Shown piece by piece: positions 1 to 8,971 of a stretch of DNA of 17,379 nucleotides; positions within the stretch are counted from its first letter, which is position 1; each line of letters begins with the position of its first letter. Both the position numbers and the translations under genes were made by a program. A model generated the notes under the pieces. That model was not told where the DNA came from and made no database searches. It saw nothing but the letters and a program-made list of their open reading frames with translations. The stretch is from a virus, in IMG/VR virus record IMGVR_UViG_3300045988_147339, positions 1-17,379 of that record. The stretch is one strand, 5' to 3'.

Positions 1-2811
1 AGCTAAATAACTATTAATATCTTGAACTTTAATAAATTCACATCTAACTGTAGAATCTGAATTAATATCATAAGCATCAATCTTATTAAGTATCCAGTAA
101 GAATCTTCAAAATAATAGAACTGTCTAAGTAAATCATACTTAACATCTAAATCATCTAATCTTACAAAGCAGGTAACTTTTTTAGTATTTACATCAAATT
201 GATCATTATAAAATTCACTTCAGAATCTACTATAAATAGTACTTCCGATATTATAAGTTATATCATCAATATAAATCTCTTGTGGTAATCCAAAATCTCA
301 AGAAGCAGTAACATTAGAGGACGAAACGGTATACCTTGTAAATTGAGGTAATACAGTTCTCTTTATAGCAATTTTATTCCCCCTAATATCTTTCTCACTT
401 TTAGTAGATATATAACACATTTCCTGATCATTTAATATGTTCATTTCTGTAAGATCATCTGTAATTCAATATGTTACTTCATTTCCTTTTACATCAGTTA
501 AAGGAACATTACCGTTAAAGAATACTAGGGATTGAGAGATATCCTCTAAAGATTCCTCATTACCATCAATTGAGAAAAATACATTTTTGGCAAATATATC
601 ATTACCTGCGATTTTATATCATTCTGTGGTTTTAGAGGGATCTATAAAATTAGCTCCGTATAACTCTTGATCTATAGTCTTAAGTTCAGTAGTGCTATTA
701 TTAAATAATGTATAGGTAATATTATCATTCATAAATGCAGGAACTACAAGGGAAGAAGAATTGTAAAAATTTCTAAAATATTTATTTCTCCATCTTGCAG
801 AAACTATATTTTCATATATATTATCACTATACAGTTCAGTTGTTTCAGAATTAAAATTATAACCAGTATTTAATCTTTGTTGACCATATAATATAGAATA
901 TTCCTTATTGTATTTTTTATAAAAATAAGTTTCTGGACCTTCAGAACTCATTCTATATCACTTCTTATCAAATAATATTGGATTTACATTGAAATCTTTA
1001 GAATAATCTATTCTCTTGCTCCAATCAGAGATTATATTCTTAAAGAAATTATTTCTAGTATATATTCTAATTGTTTTACTATCAATATCTTTTGTAAAAT
1101 ATAACCCAAATAGTTTTGCATAACTCAATAAGTAATCAGCAGGAGATTGTTCTGTTTTTAATAATAATTTTTTAGTTAATAATGCATTACTTTGAAGTAC
1201 CTCTGTAGAAGTAGTAATTTCAATGGGAGAAGTAAGATCTACTATAAGATCTCCTTTTGGAATAGCTTGGTAATCCTCTCCTCTTTCTATTACTTCACTT
1301 AATAATCCAGTAGGGCGAACACTATTTCCAGTAGATCATACAACATTAAGTTTAATTTTAATTTTATTAATTGGAATTTTAAAATTTGTAATATTAATAA
1401 CAAAATCATTAGTTAATGAAGAAGTATCATAAAATACATTATTTTGAAAATACCCAAAATGATTAACCCCATTAGCTATAGGATGTGAGTAGGTTCCTGA
1501 ATTTGTAAATCTATGTATTTCAGAAGTATAAATAGTATCATCTACTTCATTAGTAATTGTTAGCCAAACATCAGCGTATCCTCTATATGCTGAATAAAAA
1601 GGAGGAGCAGAGGAGCTAAAATACCTTCTAAATCCAAAAAAATATCTATCCCCAACATTTCCTGCAGTTCGATTAAACTTTAACTTAAAATAAAAAGTTG
1701 TAGAAAGGCTTTTTCTAAATCCAGCCTCACTTAAATCAATTATTCCAGAATCGTAAACAATATCAGGTGATGCAATGGATAATTTTAAAGGACTTGATGT
1801 AGATTCTCCTTTATTTATACCTACCTGATAATTATATTTACTATCTTCTACTAAAAAGCCAGATTCTGTTACATCTTCTTCGTCACTTACTAGATTAGAT
1901 AATAAAGGTAAAGCTACAAAGGATTTACTTCAATACGGATTATTTCAATTAAAAAATGAAGGATCAAATACTACATCATATCCAGAATTCTCTTTTCTAC
2001 AGATAGTTTCAATTAACTTACTCAATTTTAAAGCTGGCCTTTGCATATAACTTCTAAGATCTCTCATCTCCCATTCTGTATATGCTCTATTTAATTTAGC
2101 TAATCCATACCCATTATAAGGTGTATATGTAACTCCTGAATCTGTCTTACTAGTAGGAAATATACTATTTTCATTAGTATTTATTAAACAAGTTTCATTA
2201 TCAAAATCTTCATATAAACCATTATATGCTGGAATAAATGTCAAATAATCATATATTTGACTTCCTTCATTCGTTTTACTTCAGTCAAAACAAGTATTTA
2301 CAAAATCTTTGTTAATATAAAAATTAAGTTCAGTATCAGCAGGAAGTGTATTCCCATCTTCATCAGTTACAAAGTATTGTAAATCAGCAAGAGTCCTAAT
2401 AGTACCATCTTCTTTATATTTAAGTCCATAGAAGAAATCTCCTAATCCTCCATATAAAGTAATATTATAAGTAATAACAGCTTGTTTTATAGATATACTA
2501 TTTAATTGCATATATCCAGATTCAACTAAATAGTCATTATTATAGATTCCAAAATCAACTCGTTTTGAAGGATCAAAATATACTCCAGAGAAATTACCTT
2601 CTTTTATATGGAGAAATCTATCTAACTTATAAATCTCTCCAAAAATCTTATTATTGTTTTTGTCTCCTGGAATGCTTATAGTCTTACTGAATGAATTTTT
2701 TACTATTGTTGGATTCTGAAAATCTTCTACAGTATAAGTCATTGGTAATGATATGCCTTCAGAACAATGTACTTCTTTTCCTGCAATAAATAATTTAATA
2801 TTCTTTCTCAT
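1..2811 (-). CDS. Large tail / host-recognition-type virion protein. The 3' end runs off the left edge (at least 937 codons). Needs TGA=Trp.
   Basis: The ATG at 2809-2811 lies 2 nt after the TAA of the upstream gene. Track fragments 2281..2811, 1945..2244 and 619..951 share one frame. I read every in-frame triplet from 2811 to 1 and found no TAA or TAG, only nine TGAs (at 2281, 1945, 1930, 1336, 958, 619, 466, 298, 220) against about five TGGs. Function is inferred only from size, beta-rich N/T/S/Y composition and position. Confidence 0.8.
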
Positions 2812-2813
2812 AA

Positions 2814-4994
2814 TTATTTACGATAAGTATCTTGAGAAGTTTCTACATTAATTGTATAGTAGAACTTATTCTTACCTTGATTAGTATAAGTTTTATATTC
2901 ACAATTTGTATCTGTAATTAATACTGGAGTGATAGTATTATCTTTAAGATTATGCAAATATACTTTGGTACTCTCAATTAGATTAAACATCTTAGAAGCT
3001 TGAATATCATTTAAATAACCAGTATAAAGAACCCAGCTTGAAGTTATAGTATTCAAATACTTATTTCTTGCAAACTCTTGTGATGTATTTAATACCTTAC
3101 GAGTATATGTTTCAGATTTAATCTCATCATTCTTTTTAACATTACCCTCAACAAGTAATGAATCTCATCCACCTGCTGAATTAGTATAATACAACACATA
3201 ATCTTTACCTGTAGTATCTATATCATATCTAATCTGTCTATCACTAATATTTCCCCCTTCTACAAATCCTACTATTAAATAGCTTCCACAAGGCCATAGT
3301 TTATTACTTAAATCTTCGGTATATGTATATCCATTAATTCCAGAATTTAAACTAATATCCATAGCAGATTGTACTCCGTCTATATAAAAGAATCTATTAA
3401 TAACTCCAGTTCCAGTTGGTAGAATTCAACTTGATACTAAATACTGCCTTGGATCAACTAAACCAGTAATAGGATCACTTAACATAGTGCCTTTAGTTAG
3501 ATCTCTATCTTTATAACTCCAGTCATTGAAGAAAGTAATTGGTTTTTCATTTCCACTAGATGTTATCAAAGTAAATGGTTTCAAATATTCTGGAGATATT
3601 ATAGTTTTAGAAGTATTAAATATAATACCATTAGATAGATAATTCTCAGCTACATTATTTAATAGAAACTCTACTCTATCAGTTTCTGGATATTTATAAG
3701 CCTTGCCAGCATAAACCATATCTCCTGCATAATCTAAATGATATTCAATAAAATCTGAACTGATTATCTCATTCCAAACATAATCTTTCCAAATAGGAGA
3801 TATATCAGATTTAACAGATTGTGTAATATTAATAGATAAATTAATAATACTTGAACTATTCTTTATAACAGATACTCCAATAGTTGCTTGTCTAGAAGAT
3901 AAACCTGAATTTTCTGCAATGTTCAAACTAATAGTTGCTACACCTTGAGAATTCACAGAGAGCTTCTGACCACTAATCCAACCTACAGGAATACTAAATA
4001 CAACATCATCTAAGTTATTTGAGCCTGTACCAATTATATTTAATGTAGATGCAGTTCAACTTACTTCATAATTAGTATTAGGAATCACTAAAGATGTTGC
4101 AGCTTGTTTAATTGGAACTGTAGCTTCAAGAGTATAACCTCCAGAAGTTGTTGCAGTAACCATTGCACTAAACTCCAAATTATTAGTAGTTTTATTCTCT
4201 GGAACAGTTAATACAAAATAGTTATCAACAATATCCTTTTTAATATTACTAGCTTGAGGGCAGGTAACATTAAATGAGGTAATTGTTTCTTCTGCTTTAG
4301 TTGTACTTAAATGGAATTCTTCAGTAACAAAAGCAGATGCTCCATAAGTTCCAGATGAAGGAGTTACTACTAGCTTTAAATCTTCTGGAGTATTACTTTT
4401 TTCAATTTTAAAGCCGTAACTATAACTAATAAATTTATTAGTATCATAATAAGCTCCTAATTGGATAGTTGCAGTTAAATCAGTATTTCATTGAGTATTA
4501 GCTCTTACTGTAACTTTAAACTTAATAGAGCAAGAATCTCAATCCAGAACTTCCATATTAACTAAAGCTGTAGCATTAACAACTGCTGCATCTCATTTAA
4601 TAATATCTGATCTATTTAATATATACTCTACTGTATATTCTCCACCAGTATTTGGTACTTTAATGGTGCCATTAGCAGGATAATATCCAGGAGCTTTACT
4701 ATGTAAATTAATTGGTAAATCTTCCTCTAATAAAGCAGTAGTAATGCCTCTAGGATAAAAATGAAATACAGTAGAAGAATCAGTAGTTATTGTTGTAGGA
4801 GATAAAAATTGTATTGTACATCCAGAAGTACTAGGCTCTTGTATAGTTACCTCTAAAGGCCCTTCTTCAGTATAATAATCTCCCCAAGCCCAATAATCAT
4901 ATTCTCCAGTAATTCCCCATCCAGGATTATTCCATTTAACAGGAAAACTCCTTGATGCGTTATATACTCCTAATTTACTTGGTATAAATGCCAT
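2814..4994 (-). CDS. Ig-like/BACON-like repeat virion protein (about 726 codons if continuous). Interrupted by one in-frame TAG at 4089-4091.
   Basis: ATG at 4992-4994 and TAA at 2814-2816. Fragments 4593..4994, 3426..3956, 3165..3362 and 2814..3056 share one frame. In-frame TGAs are at 4593, 4539, 4488, 4056, 3426 and 3165 (for example LD-W-DSCSIKFKVTV and NTQ-W-NTD). Repeated segments end in ...RQATIGVSV...INITQ-type strands typical of Ig/BACON folds. No start codon follows the TAG until GTG at 3954, which argues for a single protein. See the finding on the 4078-4142 frame anomaly. Confidence 0.6.
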
Positions 4995-4996
4995 TT

Positions 4997-5476
4997 TTAA
5001 AAGTTTTTAAATACATTATCAACTTGTGTTTCTAAATCTTTTGTAATTGCATCATCTAATAACATATAAGCATCTAATTCAGTTAATGATTCCTCTAATA
5101 GATGCTTGCCTTCAATTCCTCTTCTAGAAATCTTTCTTGCTATTAAATATACTAATTGATCAATAGTTGGAAGTGATCCGTTATATATACGAGGTAATAC
5201 AGGTTTAGTTTGTATCCATCTTTTTATATCACTAATAGGAGGAAACTTTCCTGCATTTCTGCCATCCTCAACATACTTCCAATAATCTTGTATTTGCAAA
5301 CTAACTTCATATACTTCATCTTGATCTTCAACTATATAATTAAGTGTATTACCAAGAGTTCCTGTATCATCTGAACTAGTTTGTAGTAATTTCTGCCTAT
5401 ATATAGAAAGTAATTGTTCTCCATATTGTTTTAAGACAGCTTCTAAATTGGGAAAATCCAAAACTTGATTTGCCAT
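4997..5476 (-). CDS. Virion protein, tentatively neck/tail-completion type (HK97 gp10-like). Function uncertain.
   Basis: Intact 159-aa ORF running ATG to TAA. Its stop lies 2 nt before the next ATG. The motif ...YWKYVEDGRNAGKFPPISDIKRWI... resembles the YxxxVExG segment of gp10-like proteins, recalled from memory only. Confidence 0.7.
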   Translation of the reverse strand: MANQVLDFPNLEAVLKQYGEQLLSIYRQKLLQTSSDDTGTLGNTLNYIVEDQDEVYEVSLQIQDYWKYVEDGRNAGKFPPISDIKRWIQTKPVLPRIYNGSLPTIDQLVYLIARKISRRGIEGKHLLEESLTELDAYMLLDDAITKDLETQVDNVFKNF

Positions 5477-5518
5477 TTTTACTAAAATATATCATTCTCA
5501 TATTGAGTATCTAAACAC

Positions 5519-5543
5519 AAATAGGGAGATTTACTCCCTATTT
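5519..5543. other. Perfect 10-bp stem-loop (AAATAGGGAG / ATTTA / CTCCCTATTT).
   Basis: Read directly from the sequence. It lies between the chaperone-like gene and the 159-aa gene, immediately beside repeat copy 1. There is no clean U-tract on either strand, so a terminator role is unproven. Confidence 0.5.
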
Positions 5544-5545
5544 AA

Positions 5546-5595
5546 GTGTCTACTTTTTACTCACTTTTAGTAGTTAAAATAAATAAAAATAGACA
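5546..5595 (+). repeat. Copy 1 of a conserved 50-bp intergenic element.
   Basis: The sequence GTGTCTACTTTTTACTCACTTTTAGTAGTTAAAATAAATAAAAATAGACA aligns with 11085-11134 in the same orientation and with 12881-12930 in reverse complement. The shared blocks are TGTC(T/A)A, TTTTTACTCA and ATAAAAATAGACA. Confidence 0.8.
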
Positions 5596-5597
5596 TT

Positions 5598-6400
5598 TTA
5601 GTGTTTAGCTTTTCAAAGATCTATTTGTCTTTTTTCTTCTTTTCCTTTATCAAGTAAGTAGCAAATAATATTCAAGAACTCTTGAATTTGCATATCGTAT
5701 ACTTGATGCCAGTTTAACCTTGTTACTTCACTAACTCTGTCTATTCAACAAATCCAGTTCCATTTTTGACTAAATTCAGAGTTTGTCTCGCTTGAACTAT
5801 CCTCTTCCGTAATTGATGTTTCTTTACTGGATCTTTCTCCTTTTTCATCAATTTCTTCATCTCCCGCATTGAAGAGATTAGGGTAGCTATGGTTAAGCTC
5901 TCTAATAATTTGCAAAAAAAAACCATAATGTCTGTAACAATAGTAATTGGAATTTTATCATATAATTCATCTGCCAATTCCATTACATCATAACCCTCAT
6001 TATACTTCTTTCCTTTAGGAATTAAAAAGCATAAGAATATATACTTCTGATTCTTTTCATAATCTTTATAAAAGTTCTGAAAATCAATATACTGAGCAGC
6101 AGTCATATTTCTGAGATTTAATTGAACTGTATATTTATTACCATCAATATCATACTCAGTTTCTGGAACTTTGGATTTATATTTATTTACAATAAAATGA
6201 ATCTTACTAAGTTCTGCAGATAATTGATCTACGGTCATATTTAATAAAGCATCCCTTGCTTCATCTGGGTTATCTGTAAGTAATGAGTAGATCTCGATAC
6301 TCCTATCTAAATCTGTCATTTTTACATCACTCATAATAAATGTATTTAAAGCTTGGAATTTCTTTAAAGATACTTCTTCCCATTTAGTTGCTACATTCAT
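5598..6400 (-). CDS. Possible -1 frameshift isoform of the chaperone-like gene (G/GT-like).
   Basis: The -1 frame is free of TAA and TAG for 118 codons (5954 down to 5601; TAA at 5598-5600). It extends 47 codons past the zero-frame TAG. A zero-frame-aligned T TTT TTT heptamer (a T9 run, plus-strand A9 at 5914-5922) and an AAAAAG (5840-5845) both lie inside the open window. Confidence 0.4.
5741..6400 (-). CDS. Tail-assembly-chaperone-like protein (zero-frame product, 219 aa). Function tentative.
   Basis: Intact ORF running ATG to TAG, starting 1 nt after the terL stop. Its layout (W..V.L..F, ..IDGNKYTVQLNL.NMTAAQYIDFQ.., ..FLIPKGKKY..) is reminiscent of phage TAC families, recalled from memory only. 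A long open -1 frame overlaps its 3' part. Confidence 0.75.
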   Translation of the reverse strand: MNVATKWEEVSLKKFQALNTFIMSDVKMTDLDRSIEIYSLLTDNPDEARDALLNMTVDQLSAELSKIHFIVNKYKSKVPETEYDIDGNKYTVQLNLRNMTAAQYIDFQNFYKDYEKNQKYIFLCFLIPKGKKYNEGYDVMELADELYDKIPITIVTDIMVFFCKLLESLTIATLISSMREMKKLMKKEKDPVKKHQLRKRIVQARQTLNLVKNGTGFVE

Positions 6401-6401
6401 A

Positions 6402-7649
6402 CTATTTAATTTTAATATTATAATGTCCTTTGTTTGTATTTAATGAGTCATAGGCTAACATTAATGAAATTACTGTATCATCATTAAATCCAGATGGAGC
6501 ATTATAACTAACATTTCCAGTTTTTGGATTATATGAAGCTTCATATAGTCTTAACTCATTTAAAAGTTTATCATCTTTTAATAATCCTATCTTTTCATTC
6601 TCCAAAGCAGCTTGAAGCTTATTAACTATATCTGCCTTACTCTTATTAGTAGTTAAGAATCGTATAATCCTGATTTTCGGATTCTTCTGAACTAACATAT
6701 CATAGAAGACACTACCAATTGAGTTTTGTTCAACTTGTACAATCTTTATAAATCCTTGATACTCAGTTAGTATATTTGTTAATAAATCAACTTGCTCTGT
6801 TGGAGTTTTATCGTTAAAATACTTTATAAAGACCATTTGCCCAGATTCATTTAAAGCAGTAACACAAGTATAGTCTTTACCACTCCCAGTAGCCCAGTCT
6901 ATTCCTATATAAAGACTCTGATAATCTGGTTTTTTCTCAATTATGCAATTAGCTATATTATTAAATAAACATCCATCATCATCTGCAAATTCCCCTAAAT
7001 ATTCGGTTCTAAATTTATTTTTTGAGGTTGTAAGTCGATACATCTCTAACTTCTCTTTATCTAAAAGCATAGATGTATCTTCTAAAGCTCAATCAAATGA
7101 TTTATAGAACTTGTCATATTTCGGATCTAACCCTTTAGTAAAGCAGTCATAAAAGAAACCCTCTCGGAACCTTGGAGTACTAATAATTAATATTGGAGCA
7201 GACCACACATCAGTAGTAGGTTTAATAATTTCAAATACTTCATCTTTTAAGTAAGCAGCCTCATCTAATACAAGTAATCCACTTACAGAGAATCCTCGTA
7301 ACGAATCCATTTGTTCTCCAGATCTAAATAATATAGAACTGCCATTATTAAACTCTAATTCAAGCAAAGTTTCATTCTTACGTTTAAGAATATCTGCTTC
7401 AGCTATAGCATTAACTATTTCTTTAAACACTTTTCTTGATTGCCCAAGAGTAGGTTCTACTATACAATTGACTGTTTTTGGATAGTTAATTGCAAATCGT
7501 AATAATTCATTTTCAGCTAAGAAAGATTTACCTACTTGTCGTTTAGCTTTAATTGTAAATATCCTTCCAGATCTATAAGCATCTGCCATAGCTATATGAA
7601 CCTTATATTGGTACATAAATGGCCTATATCCTTTATATATCCTTGTCAT
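6402..7649 (-). CDS. terL: Terminase large subunit (415 aa with TGA=Trp).
   Basis: Track fragments 7089..7649 and 6402..7070 are in one frame and are joined by TGA at 7089-7091 (..KSFD-W-ALEDTSMLL..). Motifs seen are Walker A AKRQVGKS, Walker B LLVLDEAAY and the ISTP coupling motif. The C-terminal RNase-H-like nuclease shows IGIDWATGSGKDY and FNDDTVISL. Confidence 0.9.
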
Positions 7650-7854
7650 TTATAATAGGATCTCCAAATTTAAATTGGCATTCATTATTTTGAATATTAA
7701 CTTGAATTTCTGGTTGATTTAATCCAAACATAGAATTTATTGTTTTAATAACCTCAGTAGCAGATCTTACATCATTTTTACTAATAGCAATATCCAATAA
7801 TGTTTCCAATCTTGTTAATTGTATATGTCTTAAATTCTTTATAAGATTATCATT
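7633..7854 (-). CDS. Open frame resembling the C-terminal part of a small terminase. It has no ATG; TTG at 7807-7809 is the first usual start.
   Basis: 74 codons are free of TAA and TAG: NDNLIKNLRHIQLTRLETLLDIAISKNDVRSATEVIKTINSMFGLNQPEIQV...DKDI*. It overlaps the terL start by 17 nt. It lies in the -1 frame relative to the HTH ORF, which ends at 7839. Confidence 0.4.
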   Translation of the reverse strand, partial: NDNLIKNLRHIQLTRLETLLDIAISKNDVRSATEVIKTINSMFGLNQPEIQVNIQNNECQFKFGDPIINDKDI

Positions 7855-8069
7855 TTATAAGCTTCCCTAATATATTTAGCAGCAGTAGTTTGCCCAACTC
7901 CATATTTAGTTTGAAGTTCCTCACTTACTTTATTTCTGGACCACCCTTTATTAAATAATCTTGCTGCATAAAGATATTTAGTTTTTTGTTCGTCTATTTG
8001 ATCCTCTTTTACTTCTTCCTTTTTCGGTCTCCCTATTTTCTTCGGCAGTTCCTGATTCTTTACTTTCAT
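7839..8069 (-). CDS. Small HTH DNA-binding protein, probably the N-terminal part or the whole of the small terminase.
   Basis: 76-aa ORF running ATG to TAA. It has a basic GRPKK N-terminus followed by an HTH-like segment (WSRNKVSEELQTKYGVGQTTAAKYIREA). It sits just upstream of terL. Confidence 0.6.
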   Translation of the reverse strand: MKVKNQELPKKIGRPKKEEVKEDQIDEQKTKYLYAARLFNKGWSRNKVSEELQTKYGVGQTTAAKYIREAYKMIIL

Positions 8070-8313
8070 TTTCCTTTAGTTTTTCTTGATATTCAAAATA
8101 GATTGGGGCAATCCTCTTTATAAGATTAAGTATACAAGTAGCACAAGCTACGCTCATTCTATATTCTTGTTCAATTAAATATTCATAAATCTCTTTAAGC
8201 TTAATTACATCCTGCTTTTGTACATTTCTGCAATAATTAGACTTAGTTGCAGTTACAAATCTATCTTCAAATCCTCTTAAATATTTAAACTGCTCTTCTG
8301 TTAATTGTTTCAT
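7978..8313 (-). CDS. Hypothetical protein (111 aa).
   Basis: Intact ORF running ATG to TAA. Its last 92 nt overlap the next ORF in another frame. The C-terminal tail is low-complexity and K/E/R-rich. Confidence 0.6.
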   Translation of the reverse strand: MKQLTEEQFKYLRGFEDRFVTATKSNYCRNVQKQDVIKLKEIYEYLIEQEYRMSVACATCILNLIKRIAPIYFEYQEKLKENESKESGTAEENRETEKGRSKRGSNRRTKN

Positions 8314-8402
8314 AATTAGCGCTTTTTAGTATAAGTAAATATAGAAATTAACTTTCCATTCTTGTAGTGATAAATAACTTCTGTTTCCATAAAATATAAT
8401 TT

Positions 8403-8732
8403 TTAATTAATAAGTTTGTATATAACATCTATCAGCTTAGTAGATGCATCTTTTAATAATATCATAATATCTTTAATAATTGGAGTCATAAATGCTAATA
8501 GTGCAATATATCCAACCATTAAAATTGAAAATTGACTTGTAATAAGAATATATATTAATCCAATTCACCAAGTCATACATAAACTGCAATCTAAAGGTTT
8601 TAGTCTTCAATCTTCTTTATAAGGTATACCTTTAAATAGTCTTTTTCAAATACTGTGTTTAAAACTATCCAAAGCCCCAGATAAATCAATTATAAAGACT
8701 ATTATTACTGCTATTATAAATAATTCTAACAT
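8403..8732 (-). CDS. Three-pass membrane protein with a CxxC motif (109 aa). Absent from the ORF track.
   Basis: I translated it by hand: MLELFIIAVIIVFIIDLSGALDSFKHSI-W-KRLFKGIPYKED-W-RLKPLDCSLCMTW-W-IGLIYILITSQFSILMVGYIALLAFMTPIIKDIMILLKDASTKLIDVIYKLIN*. There are three in-frame TGAs. The length of 330 nt is divisible by 3. The ATG overlaps the TAG of the upstream gene (ATGTTAG). Confidence 0.7.
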
Positions 8733-8971
8733 AATCTCTCTCTTATTTGTTTAATAAATCTTTGAATTGTAGTATGACTAATTCCTAATATTCTTCCCAC
8801 TTCTCTATAACTGTGATATTCAGCATATAATATGATTACTGTCTTATCTGCCTTATTAAGCTCAAGTCATTTTGGATATATACTTAATAGTCTATCATCC
8901 ATATTTGTAAACATACTATAGTCTATTTCATACTCAGTAAGTAAATCGTCAATATTAATCTTCCGTTTCAT
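8726..8971 (-). CDS. Sigma-70 region-4-like HTH protein (81 aa), the sigma4 half of a split sigma factor.
   Basis: Hand translation: MKRKINIDDLLTEYEIDYSMFTNMDDRLLSIYPK-W-LELNKADKTVIILYAEYHSYREVGRILGISHTTIQRFIKQIRERLC*. The pattern L..L....r.v..L....g.sy.EIa..LGis..TV......r..L is the classic region 4.2 pattern. There is one in-frame TGA upstream of the HTH. Not in the ORF track. Confidence 0.65.

Noticed and set aside
1-4994. Diversity-generating retroelement, or variable/template repeats in the tail genes.
   Set aside because: There is no reverse transcriptase in the window. I noticed no near-identical repeat pair with adenine-specific differences. The internal repeats are divergent at the protein level (Ig-like).
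8316-8390. 24-aa ORF (METEVIYHYKNGKLISIFTYTKKR) between the membrane protein gene and ORF 7978-8313.
   Set aside because: It fits the tight gene packing but is too short to support from sequence alone.
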